DNA from: Chrysomallon squamiferum
Taxonomy: Eukaryota > Animalia > Mollusca
DNA: 64,000 nucleotides
NCBI GenBank assembly: GCA_012295275.1
Contig: CM022670.1
Coordinates: forward strand, 2,852,001 to 2,916,000
Direction: 5' to 3'
This document shows, one piece after another, positions 35,213 to 50,319 of the stretch; position 1 is the stretch's first letter; the number at the start of each line of letters is the position of its first letter. The translations under genes were made by a program, and so were the position numbers. A model generated the notes under the pieces. The model ran no database searches. It worked only from the letters and a program-made list of their open reading frames with translations, and was not told where the DNA came from.

Positions 35213-35305
<93 letters not shown>

Positions 35306-36334
35306 TTTATATAATCATCAATAATCAAATTAAAAGTTCGTTTCTGTCGTGTCTTTGGTACTGAATCACTTTGGTCTTCTGTTTGTGTGAATCGATTGGT
35401 TCTTAAATTCTTTAATTAATCTAAATTATTGATTGTAATTTTCTTTTCTAAGAGAAATTAATTCTCTAAAATCTATTTCCTAGCTAAATAAAACATGCAC
35501 ATAAGTAATGAAATTTGTTTATACTGTTAATGTTTTTTCTGTACGTGTTTAATGAGTATATTTGAGTGTATGAATGTACATATATTATATGTGTAGGTTC
35601 GTATGTATGTAAGTTTGTAAGTGCAGGTAGGTCAGACCTATACCTCCGTGTATATGTACAGATGTATCTAAGTTCATGCTTAAGATCTGTCGAAAATAAA
35701 ATCATATTTACCTTTAACATTTTGCACACAGTATACCCTGCGTGAAGGACTGTAAATAACTAAACTTATTTACGAGAACATAATTTGACGAAAATATCAA
35801 TAAAAAACCGATGTAAACGAAAAGGCTGTGAAAATTAGGAACAGTTTTCTATAGGATTTATACAAATTGTTTGCTTCAAGTACTAAGCCTGTGGAAACAC
35901 GCTGTCGCCTAAGTAGCTACGGATGATCAATGCTTTACAAACGTACATATATATATATATACACACATCTGCATATGTTATTACTTGTATAAATATAGCT
36001 AAAAAGTTAAATGTACATGTATTTAAGCTGTGAGGTCTGATATGTGTGTGTGTGAAAGAATGTAGGTACACTGTAAGATTACTTTCTGTCCCACGGTTCA
36101 GTGGAGTGTGTGAGTTCACTGGACCATGGTTTCTGTACAATCTCCTCCACAGGCTGCAGTGTTAACGATCACGTTTCTAAACCCCAGGTGTAAATTGATG
36201 TACACGACTGCAAGGTTTCGCAGATCAATGAGTGCGTGGTTGCGTGTATGTGCGGTGTGCGTGCATGTGTGTGTAAATGTGTATTTGATTGTTTCTTGTT
36301 CTTTCTTGAGCTTTCTTGAGGTTTGAATTATATG

Positions 36335-36432
<98 letters not shown>

Positions 36433-37316
36433 GTCTGTCTGTCTGTTTCTCTATAACGGCCTATATTTAATATCACTGAATAATTATAAGATATCCAAGA
36501 TATTACTGGTTTGAGTTAAACTGTGAAAGAAAAGGAAAGACAGTTTAAACTTTTAGAGCTAAACGTACAAGTAGCTGGCTATCGCTGTTAATCCTGACAG
36601 TGTTCGGGTCATCACGTTATATTCTGTGCTTAGCCTTAATCGAAATGAGAAAAATGAACCTGGTAATACGAGACAACATTTTATTAAAACTAGTTTTCAA
36701 ACGAAGACTTCGCAGCTGCAGGTAAATTGGCATGTAACACGCTCTAGTGGTAGTCTTTGCCACCTACATGTTATTACAAGCATTAGAAAATAATCTGTAT
36801 TATCCCGAGGTCGTTTTCAGTGGTGAAATACGAAGCTTGGTAACACGGTTTGAATGGTGTCGTATAGTTATGTAGCGTGTACTGCTTTTGTATTATTCAA
36901 GAAAGAATGAAAAAAAAACATTCGTTTTTGTTTTGTTCAAGAAAGAAAGAAAGAAAACAACAACATTCAACTGTATTTTATTATATATATCTATATATGC
37001 ATGGGTTTATGTATGTATTATGTATGTATGTATGTATGTATGTATGATAATATATGTGTATGTATGTATGTATGATAATATATGTGTATGTATGTATGTT
37101 TGATAATATATGTGTATGTATGTATGTATGCTAATATATGTGTATGTATGTATATATGATAATATGTGTGTATGTATGTATGTATGTATAATACCTGTTT
37201 AATATATATTAAAAGTTAAATGTACATATATTTAAGCTCTGAGGTCTAACATGTGTATTTGAAATTTAGGTACACTGTAAGATTACTTTCTGTACCACAA
37301 TTCCGTGTTAACAAAA

Positions 37317-37398
<82 letters not shown>

Positions 37399-37813
37399 AC
37401 ATTTTTATTGATTTTTTTATTTTTGCTGTTGATCGTTTTTTTTAGTTTATTGTTTTGTTTGTTTGCTTTGTTTTGTTTTGGTGTTCTGTTTCTGTTGTTT
37501 TTCTGTTTTATTCTTTCGTGGTTTTATTTGGCATTCGAATAGATGGGTATTAAAGATGAAACAAAGAAAAAAAAAACCCAGAAAAAACCAACATATTTAA
37601 ATCAGGATGTGAATCAGCATCTTTACCTGTTAACCAGGTGTAAACAATTTCAAACATAAATTTTAAATCTGATAAAAAAAATATATGTTATGAAAGTTAA
37701 TGTATATGGATGAGTTTCTCCTAATTCTTGATTCTCGTTCAAGCCTAACATATTTTTAACTGGGGTTCTACTAGTTTTCTTTCTTTCTTTTTTATTTTAT
37801 TCTTATTATATTA

Positions 37814-37874
<61 letters not shown>

Positions 37875-39339
37875 TATTTAATAACGAACCAAATTTTTTA
37901 TAAAACAAAAGGCGTTAAATATTTAATAACGAGTTTTCAAAAATAGCAACTCAATAATTTAAATCTAAGGATATGCTTGACCTGTGTTGTAATTCAAAAC
38001 AGGATGAAGGGTGTGTGGTATTTTAAATATTATTGTCTGAGACAAAGTTAGAACCGTTGTTTTACGGATGTGGGCTTTCATTTTTTCTTTAAATTTTTTC
38101 TTAACGGTCACGCCACTTGAAAAGTTCGGTAACTCATATCTGTATTACAATAACCATTTCATTGATGTAACCTTGCCTTCACATAACACCAATAAAGCGA
38201 CTTTGTCTCTAATTATTCCTCCACTGTTCTTACTAGGATCATCATTTCTCTCTGCTATTCCATTCATCCAGTATCAACTCGACTGCTACTCACATAACAA
38301 CTTACCCCATAACCTTATAAACAAACTTAAATTCCAGATAAACTAAATATTTAACATTTGTGACAGGCTTAAATCTCAAACATTACAAAACAAATTACTT
38401 AAGTCCTAGTTGTTTGTTTCGTAACAGCCTTTAGTAGCTTAATCAAGAAGAAGAAGAAGAAGAAGAAAAGAAGTCCAGACTGTCCTGATCTAGGAGATCA
38501 CAACGACATTTCAACACAAATTATTGCCGTTTCATGTTTATACACTTGCATTGTAATTCACTAGGCTTGTATAGATTCTATAACACACAAGACGACAAAA
38601 GGATTTGACTATTCAAATGCCCCTTATAAGCCTGTACATTTGAGCTGATACAAAGATGATTAAAACCTGCATGTTCACTAATACGTATGTCACTCATAAG
38701 GCTTGTCGGCTATCGGTATGGATTACAGTATTATAAAGATGATATGCTTATTTTCTGACGTAATATCTGTGTAAATTATGAAGAAGGTAGTTTTCTGTCT
38801 TCCTTGATTACCGTAATGATGTAAATCAGTTGCCTGTTTTAAGAAAGGGAACGTATTAGTTACATAAGAACTCACAGAAAAGCACGTCATACTTTCACGC
38901 ATGTACACTATAATTATACCACTGTCTGTCTGCAATATTTCCCAACTCATTAATCATTCTGACACCATAAGCGAGTAATTTTAAAAAAATACCAAAAAAC
39001 CGTAAAACATAGTCTAAAGCATTTTCTAAGATTTCATCCTTTATTTACAGTTTGCTATATTACAATAAGAAAAAAAAAAAGGAAAGAAAAGAAAACGTGC
39101 AAATATTTCAAGGTAGTTACCAGTTACAATAACAGCACATTGAAGTATCATATACGAAACTATAGTATGTGCCTGCGGTTACTTCTAGATGAAAGCAATG
39201 TGATATCTAGTGAAGAAATCTTCTGATGGAGAAAGATAAAGAGACTGTATCATACTACTTGTAAACATTCTTCTCATCACTTTAACTGAATTGTTCGGTC
39301 CTGGTCATTATACGACTGCTGTCTTAAGGTACGTACACA

Positions 39340-39474
39340 CTGGGCGACTGTTCGTGGTTCCATACGTTTCGGGGCCCAGACAATCTACGTATGATGCGGC
39401 TTGCTGCCAATAACTGTTCGGGCCACAGTGCATCGCTTTGCCCGGGGGCCTGCAATGCTATCAAGACGGCCGTG
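39340..39474. mobile_element. GC-rich hAT-like MITE remnant
   Basis: The end TTGCCCGGGGGCCTGCAATGCTATCAAGACGGCCGTG resembles CAGGGCCG-type hAT (Tip100-like) termini; an internal GGGGCCC motif is present. Confidence 0.45.
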
Positions 39475-42400
39475 GATGGGCAGAAGGATGTTTTATCATT
39501 GTGGTGTTATGGTTTCGCGAGATGCAGTTCAGTGAAATATCTCAGTGGGATATTTTCCGTTCCAAACAGTATCAAACAGGTTTATCAAAGACCATGATAT
39601 GCTTTTGTGTCTGGTGATAAACTGGATATAAAATATGTTTTGCTTTTGTTTTTTATGGTGTTTTGTTTTTTTCTACTAATCAATAAGAACAATAGCCTAT
39701 ATTAGAGGAAATATTACAAACCATTTTTACCAAACAATGTGGATTCTCAATAAATTTAAATAATTATGATGAATATAATGCTAGAGTAAGATAATCACAG
39801 TTAAAACGGTCAAAAGCCCATGTTTAGTTATTTAATTTTTTCTAGCTTTATTGTACATCTCTCTCAGAATGCTTTCTGATTGTAATTGTCATTTAAGCCG
39901 CAAAAATAGCCAATAACAGTAACAGTGACAATCATGAAACTGAAAATAATAAAAATAATAATAATATCAATGATGATGATAATGCTGATGGTATGATTAA
40001 ACAAAAGAACAGCAAACTAATTTCGTAGAATAAAAGAGAAAGAAAAGGCTGTGGTTTTTGTGTGTGTATCAAACCGACACATTATATTCGTGAGGTTAAA
40101 ATAAAAGTCTACAAATACAGTCTGATAAAATACTAGTTAGCGTCGGCAGATATTTAAATAAAAATAATTTTGTTTGAGGCCTTCCTCCGTTGCCAAAGAA
40201 TCATGATTTCGCATTGTCAAACATACGTTTTTTATCGTGAACAAATACAGAAATGTGCCTCCTAGCAGCGTAACTTCAGTTGGTTTATCAGTCTAGTCCT
40301 CGGTCCCGCCTTTTTCGTCGTCTGCTAAATCTCATGTCTGTTTGATACACGTACTCCTGAATAAATTAGGTATTTAACATCACAGTACGTGCAAACATGT
40401 TTGATTACTTCGTCTCAACAATCGCGCCGTATAAAAGACTCCCCCTGACCTTGGGAAGTTTCAAGATCGTTTGTTTCTTATAGGAAAATTAATAATACGG
40501 TTTACAAAGATTGTTTAAATGTTACTGGTCGTCTTTCAGTTCATTCGCACCAAATGTGCATCCGAATTGTAGTTAAGAACGTACCATGTTTAAAAATTAG
40601 TAATTTAAATATAATGGTATAAACTAAATCTTTTTTTTTTTTTTTTTTTTTTTAATTTAATAAATTAAATAGAGCCCACATTACGTTTCTAGCACTCAAA
40701 TAAAAAAGGGTGTAATTTTAAAAAGTAACTTCTGCTCTTCATCTAAAGCATACCATGAGTCATTCTACTTGTTGCCTAATGATGTAGTCGAAAAAATAAA
40801 ATCGCTCAATTTTAAAAAAGTATTTATCTACAGTTAGGAGTGTGTTTCTGGAGGGGAAAGTGAATTATTTTTAAAATTATATACTTCAACATGACCTTTA
40901 TCTATATGTTTTGTAACATGTATGTATACACATAATAATATGATATGTACATGTCTGTATAATGGTTTACTTTTATGATGAAAATGAATGGATTAATTGT
41001 TGAATGAATGTCGTTTTTGAGTTACTATTCCGTTCTCACGAACAGGAAAGCAAAACTGTGGAGTGGTAAACCAGTTGAGCATTACTAGAGCTGAACACAA
41101 CAGATCTGAAGCAGTGATAAGGATTGTTCCCACGACCAGATGTATCCCAAGTCAGCCTACTAACAAAGGCCACAGCCTAAATTCACGTAATAACAATAAG
41201 CCTACCGAATAATTATTGTCGTTTGCCATATTAAATTTTATAAATTCATAAAATAAACTCTGGTTAATTGTGACAAAATAAAAAGCGATGTTTCAAAAAT
41301 GAGAAGCTTTTTAAATTGTTTAAAACATATTTTCATGATTTACTTGAGTATGAAATTCAAAATGCGCTATATACATGAATCTAAAGGGCTTTAAATATGT
41401 TTATTGGGATCTAAAAGTCGAAATGACTATCACCTGTAAAATCAGCTACTTGTGAGCAATGGTAAACCCTTGCCTTCTAGACTTAAAACGATTCTGAGAA
41501 TTAACTGTGCATTAAATCACACAAGCTAGTTTTTTAACATACAAGACAATAAACTTCAACTCGAAATCCGAAAATCTTCGTAAACCAACTTTTATTTTTT
41601 ATTTTTGTTGTTGCGTTAAACATCATTTATATAGTTATATACTTTTACTTAGCCGTATTTGTGGGCCTATACATACAAGTTTTGTTAGTTGTTTTTCTTA
41701 GAAATAAATCGTATGAACGTTTCTTTAAATTCATTCCCAAGAACTTATAAAGGATCAGACAGCCTCTAGCATCTTCATTTAGTTATATCAAGCTTCTAGG
41801 ATATTTGCTAAGTACATATGTAGTTTATACATATAAAAAAAAGACCATTTTAAAATAGCTGTATACCAGCACATTAAAATATTTCTAACCACATGGATGA
41901 GTATATTGTTAAAATTATGTTTTTAAAATGTCACACGCATTATCGTTACGGTAGTTAAATGTTTATGTGAAAAACCGGTCATTAAAGAGCAGTAAATGCA
42001 AAGAAAAAATCTTAACAGACAGACTTCCATAAACTCTTTATATTTTCTACTCCATTATTTACAAGTCTTTACAAAAATATGGATTACTGAATAAACTGCA
42101 CTTCATGGCTTTAGTATTTCCTAGAACAAAAAACAGTTCCGCATCTTCGCTATCGATTGATCAGGTGGTACATTATCTTTCTTCCGTAGGTTTTTCCACC
42201 TTTTCAGAATAACGATCCGAATCGTTGTTTACCTTGAAGTGGAAATATTCTTTATTGTTCTTTATCTTTGAATCAGGAAATTTGCCCACCTGCAGTTCCA
42301 CCATTATTTAACGCTATTAGTACTTATGTTACAAATACATATTCAAAGAATATGTTTCTAACAAATCAAATTATCAACGGTTGATTAGAAATAATTGATA

Positions 42401-43340
42401 AACTGCCTCGTGAGAAAAGGACCATGCTAAATGTAGAATTATCTTTTGTTATTCAAAAATAATCGAAAATAGGTTTTTTTCTGAAAGAAAATGTTCGATT
42501 TATATGTGCTTGGGTTCTTGTCCATTGTCTGTATGTACTGTTTGTGTTTCTCTTTCGCTGTATATCTGCGTGTGTTTAAATATCACATGTTTATTGTTTA
42601 TATTCGTTGTGGTTATTTCTGAAATAATAGCCTTAAACTATTGCTATTTCTTCATTCATTCACATATCTACATTTATTTATTTTTGACGTTTTGCTGAAT
42701 GCCTGCTTCCTGTTTTTAATAAACAGTATGTTGTTATTATAAATAGCAATTATTTATTACCAAAAATGAATTAAGCGTGAAAAATAAAGTGAAAAAACTA
42801 TTTTAAAAGAACAATAATACACTTTTTATAAATTAATATATGAATGAATGTATGTATGAATGAATGAATTAAGAATTAATTATCTAACTAATACTTAAAG
42901 ACATTCATGCACAATAAAAGCATAAACTAGTAAGTGTCAAACAGTACATAATTTTGGTGAAGAAGAAGAAGATGAAGAAGAAAGAATAGGAAGAAACAAA
43001 ATGATTTTATTAATATGTTAATATTCAAAATTAAAATTAAAACAGTGAAAATAGATATATAAAAACAAATAACAAAAGTAATCAAGATTTAATGTAAAAA
43101 CCTTTTCTAATGATAAAAGAAAGGTGATGGATGGGATGGCAGTTAATAAATACATCACACATAAATACAAATAAATAATGTTCAGTGCAAGATATCAATA
43201 ATAAAATGTTACTGTAAAATATTAGAAATAATTAAATAACAATAATATTTATAAAACAGACGTTATAAATCAAAACAGAGATAAATAAATAAATAAATAA
43301 ATACAAAAGCAAATAAACTAAACAAAATAATAATAATACA

Positions 43341-43388
<48 letters not shown>

Positions 43389-44159
43389 AATAAACAAAAT
43401 AAAATAATCTAAAAATAATGAGAGACATAAATAATTCTAACGACCATTAAAAAAACATATCCAGTGATTCATGTTATATCTTCATAGCGAGCGCTAGGAT
43501 CATTCAAACTAAATGACTGCAGGTGATATACTTATCGTATTCAGCACTATCACCTCACTACTTAAAGCGTCTTAGTGTTCAACAATAAAGAGTTAAGTGA
43601 AAGTGTTATCTCGTTATTGACAACAGTTATTTTTATAGGTCGTAGAAACTACATATAAATCTGTGTGAACGAAGGCAGGCAGCGATTCACGTCCAGTTCA
43701 GACATACTTCTAGTCCCCAGTTACTGTTATGTGTGTACTGTGTACAATATGTACGGTCGTGTTTACATCTATTTATTTAAACCTGCAAATCTGATGAAAA
43801 GAAACCAACTTAATTAACGTTATGCAGTGTTTTCTAATTTTAATAACACGCTGTTTCTACAAATATAGAGTATTAGTTTTTGACGTTAAGAAAAAAAGAA
43901 AAAAAAAAAAGTATTTGTACATCTTTAATTGCGTAGATGGACACTGAGATAAAAGATATTAAAAGAAATTAAATGTTTATTTTTGTTTGTTTCTTTGTTT
44001 GTTTTGTATTGGTTGGGCTTTATGGAGATTGGTTTCTGGTTTCTTTTCGATGAATTAGACGAAGTGTTTAATGTTTATAGTCACCATACGATACAGCTCC
44101 AGATACAGCTGAGTTAACGTGTTAAAAGGAAAGCTGACATTCTATATTTATAGCTCTGC

Positions 44160-44420
44160 AAGAAAGAAATATTATTTATTTGCCCACCCACTCGTTACGA
44201 CTGCAATTACTGCAACTACGATTATGAACAACGCAGGTAAAGAGAGAAGAGACGAGCTGTCGCCATAGTAAGGGCTACTTCTTGTTTTTTTCTTTTCGTT
44301 TTATCATTTAGCAGTAAAAAAATCGTTTTATATCCGCCTTTTCTTAGACAGGAAACACGTTTTATTGGTTTGTTTGAGTGGGAAACAATTCGACAGGAGA
44401 ACTGACAAAGCTTGTCGACA
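44160..44420 (-). mobile_element. Decayed SINE fragment, same family
   Basis: GAGAGAAGAGACGAGCTGTCGCCATAGTAAGGGCTACT..TAGCAGTAAAAAAATCGTTTTATATCCGCC..AGACAGGA, alignable by eye with the 14280 and 25205 copies. Confidence 0.5.
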
Positions 44421-45399
44421 TGACATCTGCGATGTTATTCTTTAAAACAAACAACAAAACAACAACAACAACAAACAAACAAAAACACAGCAAGAAAACA
44501 AAAAGAGAAGACGTAATAAAACGTGCACAAATGGACATACCTCATCACGTGGTTTCGCTGAGAAATATAAATTCTGGAATCCCTTTCAATCTGAAGCGGT
44601 ATTACTGACAACGGTTGTTTCAAATACCTGTACCATCCATTGTCAAAACATACCGAATGACATAGCACAAAGTTAATATGTACACAGCACGCATCCGGTA
44701 CAAACAGTGCAAAATTTAAATATAACGAATAAAAAAACTGCACTCAGCCTCCAGCAAGACTTGGTGCCTCAGATCAAATATAGGAGTGTTAGCGAAACTG
44801 CTGATGTTTTCATATGTAGCTAACGCAAGTTTGTTGTAAAGCTGAAAACAGTTAAAATTTACGATTACCTCAATTAATATCACTATTGCAACTACCACTT
44901 CATTACAGGAAAAGCTAATAAACTAATGAATGATGTCACATCGTTGACAGAAATATAATACAAAGCTGAATGAATTATAAAAGCAGCAACTGTTCTTTTG
45001 ATATGTTCAATAAAACACCGGATACACCATTCATCTGAGAAATGTGAAAAAGACCCTGTTCGGATTTGAAATGAATGTCCGAGTGAATGGTTAAGGTCGC
45101 TGGTTTGGCAGAAAATAGACCGCACGATCAATTATACTCAGAATAAAATTAGATTTGTTTTCCTCTTCCAACCATTGTCTCACTACAGGTTTCTCAGTGG
45201 TCAGCTCGATAACCGATAATCGATCACTAATCTAGCTGGTTTCATCATTTTTATAGCACAGTTTCCAAAATATTTGTTTTTAACCAAAGGCAACGAAATA
45301 AATTAACTTTCTTCAGACATACCCTCCTTATTCATGCATTGATAGCTTCATTCTTTCATTTCTTAATAATTAGTCATTGTAATAACTGTTTATTACAAA

Positions 45400-45615
45400 T
45401 TAGTTGTTGTTGGTGATGATGTGTTTGTTGATGTTTATGTTTTTGTTAATTTTGATGTTGTCGCTAACGAGTATTTGCTGTATCAGTATTAATGGTATTA
45501 ATAGAAGTATTTGTAATAGTATTTAGTTTATATTAGTTGTTGTTGGTGGTGATGTGTTTGTTGATGTTTATGTTTTTGTTGCTAACGTGTATTTTGTTAT
45601 GTCAGTTTTAATGGA
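45400..45615. repeat. Tandem duplication, ~130-bp period
   Basis: TTAGTTGTTGTTGGTG(A/G)TGATGTGTTTGTTGATGTTTATGTTTTTGTT..GCTAACG..TCAGT..TAATGG occurs twice. Confidence 0.85.
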
Positions 45616-46282
45616 CGTACTACAGAACGCAGAAACCACAGTAAACGAATGAACACACCTACGTATTGTACTTTCTTTATCACTCATTTAACGCTGTGAT
45701 GATTTCTTTAACATAATTGTTGTTACTGACGACACAATACAAAACTGCCAGCAGATAATGAGGCTTATTTCAACAAAAAGTTATGGTCAAAGTAATAATG
45801 ATAAAATCAATCAAACAAACAAAACAAAAAAACAAATAATAATAAAAAAATAAAAAAATAAAATAATGGTGACCTTGAAATTATTATTTTAAGACAACAG
45901 AGATTACAGTCTGTATTCTGAACAAATTTTTTGAAATGGTAATAACGAGTCACAACTGACTTAAAATATATAATGAAAACATATTATAACTAAAACTACT
46001 CTGTTATTGTTGGCAGCGATCAAACTTTGATCTTTCTAATTTAATATTATGTTTATAAATAGACTGAGATAGCAGCTACGTCTCCTACTTGATCTGTGAC
46101 GGAACAGTGACTGGTAATAATGCATATTTTTACCTAACCATTTTCTTTTTCAGCATAGCGTCGTAGTCACTGACAGTAATTGCCGTGAACACGACCAGGA
46201 AACCTTAGCATTCGTCCATTATAATTTACGGTGGATGTGTAACACCTTGTGCAATAAATACAACAACAAAAAAGATACTTAC

Positions 46283-46371
46283 CCTTGTATAAGATTCAAG
46301 TTCTTTTGTGTTTTCGTTAACTTGTGAATCAGAAAGAATATTCCACAGTATCCTAAGTCACAGGACTATCA
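46283..46371 (-). other. Candidate non-coding 89-nt exon (possibly 5' UTR of the 1029-aa gene)
   Basis: On the minus strand there is a long poly-T + aatcag acceptor at one end and AGG|gtaagta at the other. No obvious coding signal. Confidence 0.3.
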
Positions 46372-46374
46372 CTG

Positions 46375-46418
<44 letters not shown>

Positions 46419-47226
46419 ATGTTTACCCGGGGTACAAATGACCCAGATATGAATCCCGAGGTTTGTCGAATTTGCGCGTAGCCCTTTGGAGATGTCGTTC
46501 ACATGATTTCTTAAGAGGTTCACTCGATAGAAATTCCGATCTATGAAAAAATGTATACAACGGTTGAAGGCTTTTCAAAGTGCGGCCGTCTGTACAGAGA
46601 TTTTTATTGGTTTCAATAAGTTCGTCGTACTTCTCGGTTGTTCGGGCGCACCTGGGTAGCGATGAACAGTCTGCGTGGGCTGTACATTTAATTGTGAATG
46701 TAGATGTGCATCAAATCTATTGCCTTTATACACATCCCAATGTTACGATGCATTGTTCAAGTCGGTAGATTGTAATGATTTAAGAATCGAAATAAAACAA
46801 ATATCTGCATCGTGTAGTTAAAAAGAGATCTGTCATTATTGTAGGCTTATATGATGCTATCAAATAAATTTCGTATACGTCCATGTGAATTTGGTATTGT
46901 CTAATAGTACAAACCTTTACGAGTGATAAAGTATTATAATAATTATAATACAAGGAGGCTGCCGTTTTTCTGTTTGATTAACTGAACTAATGACGTCACT
47001 TCGTTGATAGAAATAGACCACAAAACTGAATGAATTATAATTGGTAGAGCATTGCAGATGGTATATTCACCAAATCACCAGATTCTCCATTCATTTGAAA
47101 AACGTTAAAAATGACATCCAGGAATTACAGTAGATCTACTTGTGGTTGTGATTATTTACATATAGATGTGTCATTATAAAAAAGATAACAATATTTATAA
47201 ATATAAATCTGTAGTTATTTGTTATA

Positions 47227-47269
<43 letters not shown>

Positions 47270-48862
47270 AAAACTGAAATCTTCTGTTCAGGTATAATTT
47301 GATCTTACTAAGAAAAAAAGCACTTTCCATATATGTTTATTTTTCTAGTGGGGAGGGGATGGCTCGGTGTTTCTAAGTGAGGGTGTTAGTTTATTTATTT
47401 TCCTGCACTAAAATAATACTCAAGTTCTGGAGATATGGAACTTCTCTAGTGTTGGTGAATTTTAAAAATAAATTAAGAATACAATAAATTACATATGACA
47501 TAATACGCTACATAAAAAAAGTCCTTTAACTGTACATACACCATCTATCCGTGCAAAACGTGTAAACTGTATTGGTCATTATATCGAACATCAAATCAAA
47601 TATAAAACATGTCTAGGTCTGTATTCAAAACAATAAAAACATTAAGCAATGAAAACATACACGTATTAATAATAAATGAGCAATAGAGAAATAACGCGAA
47701 TACTGAAGCATAATACATCCGCGCTTTCAGAGAATAACGAAACTTCTGTTACCACGCAAAGGCCGCGTCATTTGGGGTGAAAGGTTTATTTGACTAACTG
47801 AAGTGAAAAATGCTGAGATAACTCGCCCTCTGTTTGTCCAAGCTTTACGCAGTATTTCTTTCTGTAAGTAGCTTTTATTGAAAACGTCCTACGGGAAAAG
47901 AGGTCTTCAGTATCGCTCGTTAGTTAGCCATTCAGAATGTCCTTCTGATTCAATATTGACATACATGACTGTCTGTAAGGCGTGGACCAAGGTCAGATGT
48001 TCTCTCGTACACGTGCTTTTCCACGCTGCTAAACAGTTTACAGATAGCGTGCCTTTAATGTTATGCGTGTCACTGTTTGCTATTTTCTTTTTAAGTCGGG
48101 AGACATGATGGGGTTAACCTTTTTTATGTGTGGGGAGGGAAATTACTGTGGAATAATATTCAATAATATCTGCATTTTACATCTCTTTTTATTTTTTTAT
48201 TTCTTCATTTTTAATTATTATTGTTGTTATTATTTTAACTTCGGAATTCAGTTCTATTCTCTTTTGTTTAACAGTTTTCTTCTATCCGTACCATTCACCC
48301 CCCTTAGTTTTTCTTTTCATCTTCCGCCGGTCCGAGAATCATATTTATTCCCATCATCTCTTGTTCCTATTTCCTTGACACTTGCTAAAGCTTACAAGAT
48401 TCATCTATTGTATTCATCACACATTTTTCTTCAAATGTTTTTTTAATTTTTTTTTTTTTTTTAACGAAATACAATGGCAAACAAATAATTAAATTCATAA
48501 AAGTAACACGATATATATAAAAACTGTCTGCGTTGTGGAAATCTGAACACGGTTGGTGAGACAGAATAAAGGAGAATCACGAAAATGTGAATTTACAAAC
48601 GAGTTAGATTTCCTCACACGTCGCATGTTGTACATTTAGAAAAAACGTGCAGTTAGGTATTACGTTCATTTATAAACGCTTAAATTTCCACATGTTATTC
48701 GTAATGTCTGAGGAACTAGGTATAATCACTGAAAATTCAATGTATTTTACGTAATACGTAGGGGTTAAAACAAATATATATTTATATATATAGATAATAG
48801 TAAAAATTTAGAGCGTACATAAAAAGGAATCAATGCGAATAATTCTTTCCTACTTCCACGTC

Positions 48863-48966
<104 letters not shown>

Positions 48967-49789
48967 TATAAGCATATGCACATGTATATTACAATATTAT
49001 TATTTTTTATAACCATTGTTAAATATTATGCCCTGTGGCTGGACAAATGTTTTCATTTCTGTCTCTTCAGATATGGAAGAAATCCTAATGAAATATGTAC
49101 ATATTTTTGAAATAATCGGATACATAGTTACATATCAGATAAAACGACCAATAATTGAAAACTATAACCATTAAAAAGCATGGAGCAGAACATTCTTAAT
49201 GTCTTAAATTATTTAATACTAACTTCATATTTATAATTAAAATAAGCAGTAATTATATATTGATCACTTGTTTTGAAACAAATTTAGATTAAATTACCAG
49301 CTAAATTAAATTAAATTTAATTCTGTCCTGGTCAGAATTTTGAACGTGAGACATGATAGAAATGCATTTGAGAAGTGAATGTCAGTTTTGACAATGGAGA
49401 AAAGATTTAGTAACAGAACAGAAACAGAAAAGTAGATGGTTTACTTCATCCAAGCCTATTGCCACTGCTGAAAGGAAAGAGTTCACTAAGAGCAGACTGT
49501 GTGCTTTAAAACCTGAAATCAAACATTACATACAGTACATTTTATACAAATGGTTTTCAGAATAAAAAAAAAAAATCTGAAATTAAGCAGTACATACTGT
49601 ATATATTTTACTAAATATTCAGATTAATAACCGGGAAAAAAAAAATCTGAAATTAAACATTAGTCACATAAAATAATCTTAATTACATTTAAAACCTATA
49701 TACTCTTGCATACTACATAAAGACTAGGAAATTGTTTTGATTGCTTTCAATCACAACGCCTGTGATAGTTTAGGGATTCGTCTGTGTCG

Positions 49790-49950
49790 ACATGGTAAAC
49801 CATGTTCCATTTGTAATGACTCTTACTCACAGTCTGAATAGATTGTGTTCTTCAGTTAAAATCCTTAGATACGATGGGTTTTGGCACAACCCTTTTTGTA
49901 ATCATCGGCATTCTCTTTTTCTAAGTATACATATTCCCTGTGAGATATTT
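49790..49950 (-). mobile_element. Second, more decayed fragment of the same integrase segment
   Basis: The minus strand reads KKRMPMITKRVVPKPIVSKDFN*RTQSIQTVSKSHYKWNMVYH, colinear with the same consensus. Confidence 0.65.
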
Positions 49951-50319
49951 ATAAATGTGTGGTAACAGGCCGCCTGGAGACATCGGAATAAGGTGCGTCA
50001 TTGTAATGGTGGCGTAACTTTGATACTAGAAAAGAGTAACTAACAAAAAAAGAATTCCCTTTTCCCCTCCTGTCCCCTCCTACGTACTTATTTATACATT
50101 CTACCAAAGACACATTAAGTTTTAAAATTAAGTAATATTACTAAAATGTCTGAAAGTTATGATTTATTTTCATATGTTTTGCATCGGGTAATATTACTTT
50201 CAAATTAATTATTAATGATTAAGGACGTTTATTTCAAGGATTCGTGTGATATTTTTAGTTTTCAACCTCAAATACGTTATTTCTTTTAAAATTTATCATC
50301 GACAAGGTACATCAAACAT

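Noticed and set aside
40425-40445. Plus-strand TATAAAAG in a CpG-containing context
   Set aside because: No downstream Inr, donor or ORF; such words are common by chance in AT-rich DNA.
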